From contig DASXEU010000089.1 in the NCBI GenBank assembly GCA_036489935.1, positions 4,161 through 68,160 on the forward strand: 64,000 nt of DNA, in the 5' to 3' direction. The stretch is from Acidimicrobiales bacterium. GTDB taxonomy: Bacteria; Actinomycetota; Acidimicrobiia; Acidimicrobiales; RAAP-2. Under the pieces are notes generated by a model that worked only from the letters and a program-made list of their open reading frames with translations, searched no databases and was not told where the DNA came from. Below are positions 50,197 through 60,034 of this stretch, in pieces. The stretch's first letter is position 1; every line of letters begins with the position of its first letter. The position numbers were made by a program, and so were the translations under genes.

Positions 50197-50967
50197 ATGG
50201 GATCACTAGAAGGAAAGCGAGCGCTCGTCACGGGCGCGTCGAGCGGTATCGGTGAAGCGATCGCGATCAAGTTCGCCCATGAGGGAGCGGCCGTTGCCGT
50301 GGGCGGTCGCAACGTAGAGCGCGTTCGCGCAACATGCGACCAGATCGAATCGGCGGGAGGTCGATGCGTGGCGGTCATTGGTGACGTCGCCGACGCCGAG
50401 GATGCGCAGCGCATTGTTGAGCTGACGGTCGAAGCCTTCGGCGGACTCGATACCGTCGTCAACAACGCCGGGATCGACGCGAACGAATGGCACGACGTGG
50501 CCGACTGGCCCATCGAAGGCTTTGACGAGATCATGGCCGTCAACACGCGAGGCCCGTTTCTCATCTCCAAGTTCTCAATCCCGCACCTGCTCGCCGCGGG
50601 TGGCGGATCGATGCTGCACATCAGCTCGGTGTGCGCCACCACCGTGTGGGCGGGGGACTGTGCGTATGACATCTCGAAGGCCGCGCTCAACATGCTCTCG
50701 GATCACATCGCCGTCGAATATGGTCCGCGTGGCATTATCTCGAACACCCTCATGCCCGGCGTCGTTCGAACGGCGCTCCACGAAGGTGTCATGGAGGGGA
50801 TGAACGATGGACGTGCCTTTGAGAAGGTGCTGCTGTCGCGTCACCCGATCGGACGCTTCGGCACCGTCGAGGAGGTGGCCGACAGTGCCGCATTCCTCTG
50901 CAGCGGCGCGGCGCCGTTCCTCACGGGCGCCAACATTCCCATCGACGGCGGCTACAGCCGGGTTTGA
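50197..50967 (+). CDS. SDR family oxidoreductase
   Basis: TGASSGIG, VNNAG, ISS, YDISK, PG, HPIGRFG, IDGG. Confidence 0.92.
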   Translation: MGSLEGKRALVTGASSGIGEAIAIKFAHEGAAVAVGGRNVERVRATCDQIESAGGRCVAVIGDVADAEDAQRIVELTVEAFGGLDTVVNNAGIDANEWHDVADWPIEGFDEIMAVNTRGPFLISKFSIPHLLAAGGGSMLHISSVCATTVWAGDCAYDISKAALNMLSDHIAVEYGPRGIISNTLMPGVVRTALHEGVMEGMNDGRAFEKVLLSRHPIGRFGTVEEVADSAAFLCSGAAPFLTGANIPIDGGYSRV

Positions 50968-50999
50968 GGAGTGCTTGGAAGACTCGCGACGAGCGCTCG

Positions 51000-52343
51000 C
51001 TAGTTCCCGACGTAGTACTTGTTGGCGACTTCGAGCGCTCGATCGAGTCGTGCGAGTCCGTCGCGAGCCTCGTCGTCGGTGACCGTGCAGGGCGGAACCA
51101 CGTGCAGGCGGTGAAAGTTGTTGAAGATGAGCAGATTCTCGCCGCGACACGCCGCGAGAATCTCGTTGATCGCCGGTGAGCTTCCGCCGTAGGGGGCGAG
51201 GGGTTCTTTGGTCGCGCGATCCGAGACCAGATCAAGGGCGAAGAGGACGCCCAGTCCACGCACGTCACCGATGATCTTGTGCTTGCCAGCGAGCTCTTCG
51301 AGCCCCGGACGAAGCACCTCATCGCCGATGCGCCGTGCGTTCTCGACGATGCCCTCATTCTCCATGGCCTCGATGCAGGCGACCGCCGAAGCACACGCCA
51401 GGGGATGACCGGAGTACGTCAGTCCACCGGGAAAGACGCGGTCGTTGAACGACGCCGAGATCGCCTCGTTGATGACCACTCCACCGAGGGGCACGTACCC
51501 CGAGTTGACGCCCTTCGCGAACGTGACGAGGTCGGGCTTGACGCCCTGGTCTTGGTACGCGAACCACGAGCCGGTCCGACCGAAGCCGCACATCACTTCG
51601 TCGGCGATATAAACAATCCCGTAGCGGTCACAGATCTCGCGCACGCCTGCGAGGAAACCGGGGGGCGGGACCATGATGCCCGCGGTGCCGGGAATCGTCT
51701 CAAGGATGATCGCGGCAAAGGCTGCGGGCCCCTCGAACTGGATAATGCTCTCGAGGTTTTCGAGCGCACGGTCGCGCTCTTCTTCCTCAGTTGTCGCGTT
51801 GTACATGGATCGGTAGAGGAATGGGCCGAAGAAGTGCACGGCACCCGAGGTGCCGTTGTCGTTCGCCCAGCGTCGCGGGTCGCCGGTCAGGTTGATCGAG
51901 GTGGACGTCCCACCGTGGTAACTCCGGTACGCCGAGAGGACCTTGTAGCGTCCCGTGTGCAGGCGCGCCATGCGCACGGCGTGCTCTACGGCTTCGGTGC
52001 CCCCGTTGGTGAAAAAGACCTTCGCCGCGCCGTCAAAGGAGTGATCCAAGATCAGTTCGGCAGCGCGGTAACGCGACTCGTAGCCGTGCTGGGGGGCGAT
52101 CGTGCATAAGAGGCCCGCCTGCTCTTGAATGCCGCGTACGACGGCCGGGTGCTGGTGACCAATGTTGGTGTTGACGAGTTGCGAAGAGAAGTCGAGGTAG
52201 GTCGTACCGTCGATATCAGTCACGTAGACACCTTCGGCGCTCTTGATCATGAGCGGGTTGATGGAGCCTTGCGCCGACCACGAATGGAAGACGGACGCCT
52301 TCTCGCGCTCAAGGGGGCTCAGTGTTGATCGGTCGGTTGACAT
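51000..52343 (-). CDS. Class III (omega-amino acid) aminotransferase
   Basis: VFHSWSAQ, DFSSQL, FFTNGG.EA.E, SYHG, DEVMCGFGRTG, FAKG, LTYSGHP. Confidence 0.92.
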   Translation of the reverse strand: MSTDRSTLSPLEREKASVFHSWSAQGSINPLMIKSAEGVYVTDIDGTTYLDFSSQLVNTNIGHQHPAVVRGIQEQAGLLCTIAPQHGYESRYRAAELILDHSFDGAAKVFFTNGGTEAVEHAVRMARLHTGRYKVLSAYRSYHGGTSTSINLTGDPRRWANDNGTSGAVHFFGPFLYRSMYNATTEEEERDRALENLESIIQFEGPAAFAAIILETIPGTAGIMVPPPGFLAGVREICDRYGIVYIADEVMCGFGRTGSWFAYQDQGVKPDLVTFAKGVNSGYVPLGGVVINEAISASFNDRVFPGGLTYSGHPLACASAVACIEAMENEGIVENARRIGDEVLRPGLEELAGKHKIIGDVRGLGVLFALDLVSDRATKEPLAPYGGSSPAINEILAACRGENLLIFNNFHRLHVVPPCTVTDDEARDGLARLDRALEVANKYYVGN

Positions 52344-52400
52344 CTCAGATCCTTTCTAGTGGTAACTGCGGGACGGCGCACTGCTGATACGTGGAACGAC

Positions 52401-53339
52401 TCACGAGGCAGCGCCTCGAGGGAAGATGACGTTGATGGGCGCGTCATCTCGCATCATCCGCGAGATCTGCTCTTCAATGAGCCGGGCCGCGCGCGACGGC
52501 ATGGCCGACGACGCGCCGCCGACGTGGGGCGAAATGAGCACGTTCGGCATCGCAAAGAGCGGGTGGCCGTCAGGTAGCGGCTCGGGATCAGTGACGTCGA
52601 GGGCGAGGCGAAGACGCCCGCTCTCGGCGTGCTTGAGGAGCGCGTCAGTGTCGGCCACCTTGCCGCGTGCGACATTGACGAGCAAACTGCCGTCGGCCAT
52701 GTGTGAGAGAAACACGTCGTCCACGAGATGAGTGGTCGAGGGCGTGAGCGGAACCACGACGATCACGATCTCTGCGTGGGGCAGGAGTCGTGGCAGAGAG
52801 TCTGTGTCGTAGATGACGCCGCGCTCATCAATGCGTTCGTGACTCGCGACACGAGTGAGCTCGACCTCGAAGGGGAGTAGACGTGACTCGATGGCTTTAC
52901 CCACCCCGCCATAGCCAATGAGGAGCACTCGACGATCCGCGAGGCTCGCGTGCCACGCGGGCGCCCAGCGACCCTCACTCGCGGCGCGCACGAAATCGGG
53001 GAGGCCACGCTGGGCAGCGAGGATGAGGGCGAGCGTAAGTTCCGCGGTTGAGGTCTCGTGCACGGACGCCGCATTCGCGTAGACGACGCCCTCGGGGAGA
53101 AAGTTCTCGACGCCGTCGTAGCCGACCAGTTGGCTTTGGACGAGACGAACGTGCATGCCATTCAGTTGTTCGAGCACCGATACAGGCCGCAAATACGGCG
53201 GCACGACGATGTCGATGTCGTTGACAGGCGCGGGCCCCGACATGTCCCAAAGAATAATTTCAACGGCATTCGACAAATGTTCCAGGGTGCCCCGTACATG
53301 ATCGTCCGGCACGCTCACGAGGAGGCGAGACGGGTTCAC
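52401..53339 (-). CDS. D-2-hydroxyacid dehydrogenase family protein
   Basis: GYDG, GYGGVG, VNVARG, LDVTDPEPLP, SPHVGG; GTG 53339 after GAAAGGA. Confidence 0.9.
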   Translation of the reverse strand: MNPSRLLVSVPDDHVRGTLEHLSNAVEIILWDMSGPAPVNDIDIVVPPYLRPVSVLEQLNGMHVRLVQSQLVGYDGVENFLPEGVVYANAASVHETSTAELTLALILAAQRGLPDFVRAASEGRWAPAWHASLADRRVLLIGYGGVGKAIESRLLPFEVELTRVASHERIDERGVIYDTDSLPRLLPHAEIVIVVVPLTPSTTHLVDDVFLSHMADGSLLVNVARGKVADTDALLKHAESGRLRLALDVTDPEPLPDGHPLFAMPNVLISPHVGGASSAMPSRAARLIEEQISRMMRDDAPINVIFPRGAAS

Positions 53340-53729
53340 GGTTGTCCTTTCGGTCGGCACTGGCGTAGAACGAGTCTGCCACTTCGTTTCACCCGTTGTG
53401 CCGGTTGGTCGACGCAAGTAACGGGCGTCGATTCAGACTTAACTCGATAGCGCCGACGATACGCCACTCGCACGGACTCCTTCAAAGGTGGTGCTGAGCC
53501 TGTTCGGTTCGCCATTCGTCGCGATGGACTGCGGTCCCGACCTCCTGCAAATTGGTTGAGAAGACGCCCAGACCGGGCACCTTCGCGGTTTTTACGAGGA
53601 GCGGAGAGCGGTCGTTGGCTGGTGCGCCGAGCTCTCACCGACGATCGTCTGTTTTTCGGTGGGCTCCCCGCAGCTGGGGCGATCCGGAAGTTGTCAATTC
53701 TCTAAGCCGGTACGAGCGCTGGGGGCTTG

Positions 53730-53878
53730 GTGATTATTCTTGGATCAATTCTCCTCTTGATTGGGTTTGTTACGGGGGTCGCAGTTCTGTGGACGGTCGG
53801 AGTCACCGTGTTCGTCATCGGGCTGGTTCTCTAGGTTTATGGAGCGATGGGTCACGCGGTCGACAGCACTTTTTCTGA
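53730..53878 (+). pseudogene. Disrupted small membrane protein (DUF6131-like)
   Basis: GTG-IILGSILLLIGFVTGVAVLWTVGVTVFVIGLVL-TAG(53832)-VYGAMGHAV, then RQHFF-TGA in another frame. Confidence 0.7.
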
Positions 53879-53891
53879 TCTTCACTTCGAT

Positions 53892-53920
53892 TCCGACTTC
53901 GCGCGAGACACGAAGTCGGA
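53892..53920. terminator. 10-bp perfect hairpin downstream of the pseudogene
   Basis: TCCGACTTCG-N9-CGAAGTCGGA. Confidence 0.5.
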
Positions 53921-54208
53921 GAGTCCCCGCGCGCAGTTGTTTTCGTTGCTCTCAAAAAGTGCTTCGATGCTGCGCGCGAGACATTCGGGCGGCGGTTCTG
54001 ATTAATGGTGAGGACGACTTCGCGCCCGTTGCGCGGATTAGTGTTCACGGAATCGACAGGCGATCACTATGGCATCTTGCCAACTCTTATGAAATGCTCG
54101 AGGCCTGGAGCTTGACGTTCAAGTGAGGTGCGTCGCGAAGTTTCTGACCGAGGGGTCGCACGCCCTTAAGACGAACCGGTCCGACACGATCAGGTTTGCT
54201 GCGCGAGC

Positions 54209-56536
54209 ATGACGCCGCCATCGGAGCTGACCCATTTCCCCTCCCGGGGCGGTCGTGTGCGACGGCCCACGGACTTGCTGCTCGCGATCTTTGCGCTGAT
54301 TGTGGTCGCGTTCACTCTTGGCGTCATTCGAACGCTCCCAACCGGAAGTACGGAGCTCTCCAACGATGTGTCGCGATGGCTGCGCCACATTCCGTTGTGG
54401 CTGTCCTCTGGCACCGAAGTCCTCGCGGCGCTGGCCAGCCTCACCGTCATCGTCGTTGCCTTCGTCTTTCTGATCCGAATCGACATTCGAAGCGCCATGA
54501 ATGCCTCAAGTGCCGCGGTGATAGCGGCAATAGGGACCACCATTGCCACCAGCATCTGGCACAGCGAGCATGGAGCAGTCGCTCAGGCGGTACTCAACGG
54601 CAGAAACCCGTCGATCTTTGTCATCGACACCGCGGTCGTCGCGTTGCTAGTAGCAAGTGATCTCGCTCGGCGCTCGCGGTGGACGCGTTGGTATCTGCTC
54701 GCGGGTGCGGGCCTCCTCCTGACAGGAGTCGCCGTCGACTCACTTACACCCTTTGCGGTCATGATCGTCCTGTTCAGCGGGCTGCTGTTTGGGTGGGCGG
54801 TGCGTTGGACTTTCGGCGCGCCATCGGTCCGGCCATCCGCATCTGAACTCATTACCTGGATCTCGGAATATCAACTCTCGATTAGCGCTCTCACGGAGGC
54901 CGACTCGGATGTCTCTCATCTCATTGGGTGTCTCAGTGACGGCAGCTCGATCGAGGTTCGCATGGCCAACCGAGATACTCGAGGATCGGGATTAGTCCGG
55001 CGCCTTTGGGCAAGGGTCCGTCTTCGCCAGGTGGTCGTTGGCCACGTGGCGCTCAGCTCTCGTTCCCAACTAGAGCAACTGGCACTAGCGAGCCTCACCG
55101 CAAGGAGCAAGGGTGTCCTCAGCCCTACGGTGCTCCTCTTGAATGAAATGCCGAGCGAAACGCTTGTACTGGTCATGAAATTTCCAATCGGCGACGCGCT
55201 GGAAATCGACCTACAAAGTGCGAAAGCGCTGTTCAGCGCGCTTCGTACGTTGCACGATGCTGGAATCGCCCATCGAGACCTTCGAGCAGAAAACCTACTC
55301 GTTACTCAAGAATCATCCGGGTTCTCGTCGCTCGACGCGGCGCTTCCTGGAGCCGGAGAGCTTGTGCGTCGCCTCGACGTGGCGCAACTCCTCACAACGC
55401 TGGGCCAGCTGGTGGGACCGTCCCATGCCGTCGAGGCATTCCGCAGCGCGTATCGGCCGAGCGATGAGTTGGCAGTCGTCGCCACCCTCCAACCAATTGC
55501 CCTCGCACCGTGGGGTTGGCGCGCCATGCGGGAGTCCCGGAGCTATTTGGCTGCTGTTCGCTCCGAGCTGGCGGGCACCAATATGGGAGCACCGCCGATC
55601 GCGCGTCTTGAAAGGTTTCGTTGGCGCACCGTGGCCAGCACGGTCGCGCTGACCGTCGTCGCGTTTTTGTTCATCGGCCAGTTCTCCAAAATCAACCTTC
55701 TCGGTGCGCTTCGCCACACTGACGTCGGTTGGTTCTTCGTGGCTTTGCTCGGCTCCGCCATCACATATTTCGCCGCCGCCGCGAATCTGGCCGCTTTCGT
55801 ACCGAAAAGACTGTCACCCGTTCGCGGCTTCTTTGTTCAGCTGTCGACTGCGTACGTAGGCGTGGCTATGCCGCCAACCGTGGGACACATCGCTGTTAAC
55901 TCCCGCTATCTCACTCGACAGAATGTGGATGGAGGCTCGATCGCGGCGGCCGTTGCGCTGTCACAAATCGTCAACATTCTGACCACCGTCCCTCTTTTGA
56001 TCATCTTTGGACTTCTCACTGGCTCGGGTATCAGCCGATTCAAGATCGTGCCCGGCGCCGACCTGCTCATCGGTGTAGCCGCGATAGCCGGCGTCCTAGG
56101 AGTCGCCCTGCTTGTGCCTGCGACTCGCGCGCGTTTAACTCAACAGGTATGGCCGCACGTTCGAGGAGTGTGGCCGCGTCTACTCTTCGCCGTCTCTCAG
56201 CCTTTGCGCCTCGCAGCGGGCATCGGCTCCAACCTGTTGCTCACTCTGGGCTATCTCATCGCTTTTATTGCTGCACTCCACGCACTCGGCGCCCATCCAG
56301 CACTCCTTCCCGCCGCGATTGTGTATCTGGCCGGAAACACAGTTGGATCGTTTGCACCCACGCCCGGGGGACTAGGGGCGGTAGAGGCAGTGCTCACTGC
56401 AGGGCTCACGGCTATCGGAATTCCGGCGCACGAAGCAGTACCAGCTGTCTTAATTTTTCGAATTGCCACTTTTTGGCTACCCATACCTGCAGGGTGGCTC
56501 GCCTACATCCTCCTCCAACGCAGTGGCACGCTCTAG
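54209..56536 (+). CDS. Membrane protein: TM region + kinase-like domain + LPG-synthase/flippase-like TM domain
   Basis: RRP.DL start, central LHDAGIAHRDLRAEN, C-terminal PTPGGLGAVEA and FRIATFWLP. Confidence 0.82.
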   Translation: MTPPSELTHFPSRGGRVRRPTDLLLAIFALIVVAFTLGVIRTLPTGSTELSNDVSRWLRHIPLWLSSGTEVLAALASLTVIVVAFVFLIRIDIRSAMNASSAAVIAAIGTTIATSIWHSEHGAVAQAVLNGRNPSIFVIDTAVVALLVASDLARRSRWTRWYLLAGAGLLLTGVAVDSLTPFAVMIVLFSGLLFGWAVRWTFGAPSVRPSASELITWISEYQLSISALTEADSDVSHLIGCLSDGSSIEVRMANRDTRGSGLVRRLWARVRLRQVVVGHVALSSRSQLEQLALASLTARSKGVLSPTVLLLNEMPSETLVLVMKFPIGDALEIDLQSAKALFSALRTLHDAGIAHRDLRAENLLVTQESSGFSSLDAALPGAGELVRRLDVAQLLTTLGQLVGPSHAVEAFRSAYRPSDELAVVATLQPIALAPWGWRAMRESRSYLAAVRSELAGTNMGAPPIARLERFRWRTVASTVALTVVAFLFIGQFSKINLLGALRHTDVGWFFVALLGSAITYFAAAANLAAFVPKRLSPVRGFFVQLSTAYVGVAMPPTVGHIAVNSRYLTRQNVDGGSIAAAVALSQIVNILTTVPLLIIFGLLTGSGISRFKIVPGADLLIGVAAIAGVLGVALLVPATRARLTQQVWPHVRGVWPRLLFAVSQPLRLAAGIGSNLLLTLGYLIAFIAALHALGAHPALLPAAIVYLAGNTVGSFAPTPGGLGAVEAVLTAGLTAIGIPAHEAVPAVLIFRIATFWLPIPAGWLAYILLQRSGTL

Positions 56537-56595
56537 GTGTAACAGGGATGTGTCCCGTCTCCCGCATCAACCCCTTGTGGAGCGCCTGAACACCC

Positions 56596-56952
56596 TTACG
56601 TCGTTATGCGCTCCACGGTCAACGCCGAAGGCGTGTCGCCCGTATTGACCGTTGTACTCGGCTCGACCAAGAGCACTTCAGCACCCTCGCTCGAAACCGG
56701 TTGGTGGTGAAGGCCACGAGGAACGACGAAGAGTTGCCCCGGCGACAGTTCAATGTCACGATCGTCCATCTTGATCACTAGGCGGCCGCTGAGCAAGAAA
56801 AACAGCTCATCCGTCTCCGGATGAGCGTGACGAGTGAATTCACCGTGCACCTTTACAAGACGCACGTCGTAATCATTCATGACCGCGACAGTTCGCGGCG
56901 ACCAGAGAGCAGAGATTGAATCCAAGACAACCTTGGTGTCAATCGCCTTCAT
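56596..56952 (-). CDS. Cupin domain protein
   Basis: WSPRTVA.MND, GEFTRHAH..TDELF, VVPRGLHHQP, EP....NTGD. Confidence 0.88.
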   Translation of the reverse strand: MKAIDTKVVLDSISALWSPRTVAVMNDYDVRLVKVHGEFTRHAHPETDELFFLLSGRLVIKMDDRDIELSPGQLFVVPRGLHHQPVSSEGAEVLLVEPSTTVNTGDTPSALTVERITT

Positions 56953-57015
56953 GATTCTCTCGTCACCGCGTTCCACTGAGTCGCTCAATGGAGCCACCTC
57001 GCTGTCTCTTGATTG

Positions 57016-57678
57016 TTATACGGAGGACGTCCGCTGAATACCCGCAATGACGATGCTCACCAGACGCTGCACCTCTTGATTATCGACACCGGAGTGGCCC
57101 GCGGCGTGGCATGTCCCACTGATGAGATTCATGATGTCGTGAGTCCCGACATCGCTTCGTATGTCTCCCGATTGGACCGCGCGTTCGCGAAGAATGTCTA
57201 TGCGTGCGACGAGCTCGTCCAGGCGTTCGACAAAACGTGACTTGATGTCGATACCGGCTTGATCAAGGGCTTCGAAGAGATCCCGTTTTTCGGAGGCTTG
57301 GCGAGCAAACTCTCGAAGAAACGCGTCGAGCGCGGCGCCGGGCTCGGTCTCGGAGTCAAGAATGAAGACGTCGGCGATGGCGAGTAGCTCGTTCAACCGG
57401 GTTAAGACAATGGCCTCGAAGAGAGACTCCTTGGTGGGGAAGTGACGGTACAGCGTGCCGATGCCCACGCCAGCCCGCTCGGCCACGATATCGATCGGGA
57501 CCGCGACGCCGTCGAGCGCGAAGATCTCCTCTGCAGCTTGGAGGATCCTTTCGTGATTGCGCTGAGCGTCCGCGCGCATTGGCTTTACGGCGAGTGCGTC
57601 GCTGTCTGTTGCCGAGGGAGTTTCGGGACGCGCGTCAGCACTCATGGAGCCAGGTGAGCCTGTTCGAACTTCGCTCAT
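57016..57678 (-). CDS. TetR family regulator
   Basis: RADAQRN..RIL.AA, VAERAGVGIGTLYRHFPTKE; ATG 57678 after GGAGG. Confidence 0.92.
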   Translation of the reverse strand: MSEVRTGSPGSMSADARPETPSATDSDALAVKPMRADAQRNHERILQAAEEIFALDGVAVPIDIVAERAGVGIGTLYRHFPTKESLFEAIVLTRLNELLAIADVFILDSETEPGAALDAFLREFARQASEKRDLFEALDQAGIDIKSRFVERLDELVARIDILRERAVQSGDIRSDVGTHDIMNLISGTCHAAGHSGVDNQEVQRLVSIVIAGIQRTSSV

Positions 57679-57700
57679 GAAACAAACCTCCGAGAGACGC

Positions 57701-57729
57701 TTGACAAACGGAACCAACGTTACTATTAT
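57701..57729 (+). promoter_or_regulatory. Sigma70-type promoter for the MFS gene
   Basis: TTGACA-17 bp-TATTAT. Confidence 0.75.
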
Positions 57730-57734
57730 GGTTT

Positions 57735-57760
57735 TTATCCGGAACTGCGGTTCCGAATAA
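57735..57760. promoter_or_regulatory. Probable TetR operator overlapping the predicted +1
   Basis: TTATCCGGAAC-tgcg-GTTCCGAATAA, 10/11 arm match. Confidence 0.7.
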
Positions 57761-57844
57761 GTCTGAACCATCTCAAGTTTAGCGAGAATTCAGCGAAATT
57801 TCGCTTCTGAGATCAAAAGCCCCCCGGCAGAGAAGGAGAGTCTG

Positions 57845-59398
57845 GTGACCACTAGCCAACTCAGCGCAGTACCGGAGTCCGATGTCAGCACACTCGATCC
57901 CCAGCGTTATTGGGCGCTCGCCGTCATTGGCATTGCCCAGCTCATGATCGTTCTTGACGCCTCGGTCGTCATTGTGGCGTTGCCCTCGGCCCAACATGCC
58001 CTGCACATCTCGATTGCCAATCGCCAGTGGGTGATGAGTGCCTACACGCTCGTCTTTGGGAGCCTGCTACTGCTCGGCGGCAGGGTCGCCGACTATCTGG
58101 GTCGCCGTCGCGTCTTCATCATTGGGCTGCTCGGGTTTGGTGTCGCGTCCGCGCTTGCCGGTCTCGCTCAGAACTCGGCCATGCTCTTCGGTGCCCGCGC
58201 ACTTCAGGGCGGCTTCGCCGCCCTCATGGCGCCCGCAGCACTATCGCTCCTCACCGTTACCTTCACCGAAGCGCACGAGCGCGCGCGTGCGTTTGGCGTC
58301 TATGGCGCAATTGCCGGTAGTGGCGCGGCAATCGGTCTCGTGCTCGGCGGCGTCTTGACGCAGTACGCCTCGTGGCGATGGACGCTACTCATCAATACGC
58401 CTATTGCGCTGCTCGCGGCCGTCATGGCTAGTCGCGTCATCCGCGAGAGCCGGGTCGAGGTTCGTCACAGCTATGACTTGCCGGGAGCGCTCACGTCAAC
58501 GGGAGGGCTGTTCCTCTTGGTCTACGGCTTCACGATGGTCGGCACGCACGGTTGGGGATCGTTGCTCACGATGTCACTTCTCGCGGGGGCCGTCGTTCTC
58601 CTCACCGCGTTCGTGATCATTGAAATGCGAGTTGCTCACCCGCTCCTCCCACTCAAGGTCATCCTCGAAAGGAATCGGGGCGGCTCCTTCCTCGCGTCGC
58701 TGCTGGTCGGCTGCTCGATGCTCGGCACCTTCCTCTTCCTGACCTACTTCCTTCAAGGCGTTCTGGGCTACAGCGCTCTACGCACGGGCTTTGCGTTCTT
58801 GCCGTTCTCGGGCGGCATCATTATCGGTGCGGGACTCTCGAGTCGTCTGCTTCCGCGAACGGGCCCGAAATCATTGATGGTGGTTGGACTCCTGCTCGCC
58901 ACGGCTGGACTGCTCTGGTTCACGCGCCTCGGCGTTGATAGCGCGTACCTCACGCACGTGTTGGGACCAGAGATTCTCGTCAGCATCGGCATGGGACTCG
59001 CCTTCGTACCTATGAACTCGACGTCGCTCTTTGGCGTCCACGAAGACAGCGCGGGCGTCGCCAGTGCGTTGGTGAACACGACACAACAGGTCGGCGGTGC
59101 GCTCGGAACCGCGTTCTTGAACACGGTCGCCGCGTCGTCGACGGCAGCGTTCTTACTGACCCGCGTCGTGTCTCCCTCCGTCACGACGGCCGCCAATGTC
59201 CATGGCTACACGACAGCGTTCGAAGTCAGTGCGCTGTTGGTCGCCATGGCCGCCGTCGTTGCCGCCGTCCTCATCGGTTCGAAGCGAAGCCACAATGTGC
59301 CCGAAGCTGATGACGCGACGTGGGTGGACGACAGCCCGAGGTTCGCGATCGAGGAAGTTCCGTCGTACCAGATCAGTCGAGCTCCCGAGCCGAGCTAA
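57845..59398 (+). CDS. MFS transporter, DHA2 family
   Basis: AQLMIVLDASVV.VALP, GGRVADYLGRRR, WRW...IN.PI, QQVGGALG. Confidence 0.93.
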   Translation: MTTSQLSAVPESDVSTLDPQRYWALAVIGIAQLMIVLDASVVIVALPSAQHALHISIANRQWVMSAYTLVFGSLLLLGGRVADYLGRRRVFIIGLLGFGVASALAGLAQNSAMLFGARALQGGFAALMAPAALSLLTVTFTEAHERARAFGVYGAIAGSGAAIGLVLGGVLTQYASWRWTLLINTPIALLAAVMASRVIRESRVEVRHSYDLPGALTSTGGLFLLVYGFTMVGTHGWGSLLTMSLLAGAVVLLTAFVIIEMRVAHPLLPLKVILERNRGGSFLASLLVGCSMLGTFLFLTYFLQGVLGYSALRTGFAFLPFSGGIIIGAGLSSRLLPRTGPKSLMVVGLLLATAGLLWFTRLGVDSAYLTHVLGPEILVSIGMGLAFVPMNSTSLFGVHEDSAGVASALVNTTQQVGGALGTAFLNTVAASSTAAFLLTRVVSPSVTTAANVHGYTTAFEVSALLVAMAAVVAAVLIGSKRSHNVPEADDATWVDDSPRFAIEEVPSYQISRAPEPS

Positions 59399-59404
59399 CG
59401 CGAC

Positions 59405-60034
59405 TTAGCGCGGGCTCGGTCGGTCCAGCCGCCAATGCCGTGTGACAGTGCTCAACCATTGGGTGTTCTCGCGGGGAGTCAAAAGGAAGCGGCTAACCGT
59501 TCGTTGACCGCCCTCGAAGTCCCCGTACAGGAGGTCGACGGTGAGACTTCGACGCTCGGCGATGGACATCGCCACCGCGGAAAAGTCCGGGTCACTTTCG
59601 TCACGAAAGGCGCCCTGCCAAAATCCGACGTCGCCCGACGCGACATAGAGATCACGCGTGAGCCGATGAAACGCATCGGGATGTTTGGGTTCACCGTCGA
59701 GCGTCCCGCTCGCGTCGACGTTCCACCGATCGAGCAGAGCGAGACCTTGTCCGACGTTGCGTAATGCGATCGCGAGGTAGACCACGTTGTTGCTGACCTC
59801 GGCGGCAGCGTGCCCGCCGCCGATCTCAATCCAATGGTCATCAACGAAACGAATCTTCTCGAGCGGATCGTCAATTCGCGATGGGACGAGCAACGGCAGC
59901 ATTCCGGCAAGCAGCGATCGCTCGGTGGTCCGTGCGGCTCGGTTGCTCACGCGAACAGAGGCGAATGTGGCGAGGGCAAGCACGAGGGTTCCGCCTGCGG
60001 TAGCGAAAGACGCGGCATCGGTCCATTCACTCAC
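59405..60034 (-). CDS. Hypothetical protein with N-terminal TM helix
   Basis: 209-aa ORF, GTGA overlap with upstream SDR stop. Confidence 0.65.
   Translation of the reverse strand: MSEWTDAASFATAGGTLVLALATFASVRVSNRAARTTERSLLAGMLPLLVPSRIDDPLEKIRFVDDHWIEIGGGHAAAEVSNNVVYLAIALRNVGQGLALLDRWNVDASGTLDGEPKHPDAFHRLTRDLYVASGDVGFWQGAFRDESDPDFSAVAMSIAERRSLTVDLLYGDFEGGQRTVSRFLLTPRENTQWLSTVTRHWRLDRPSPR

Noticed and set aside
53832-53834. In-frame TAG as pyrrolysine or readthrough recoding
   Set aside because: A frameshift also disrupts the same gene and no pyl genes are visible; pseudogenisation is simpler
53400-57800. Genomic island
   Set aside because: Composition looks slightly shifted, but no integrase, tRNA, att repeats or IS ends were found
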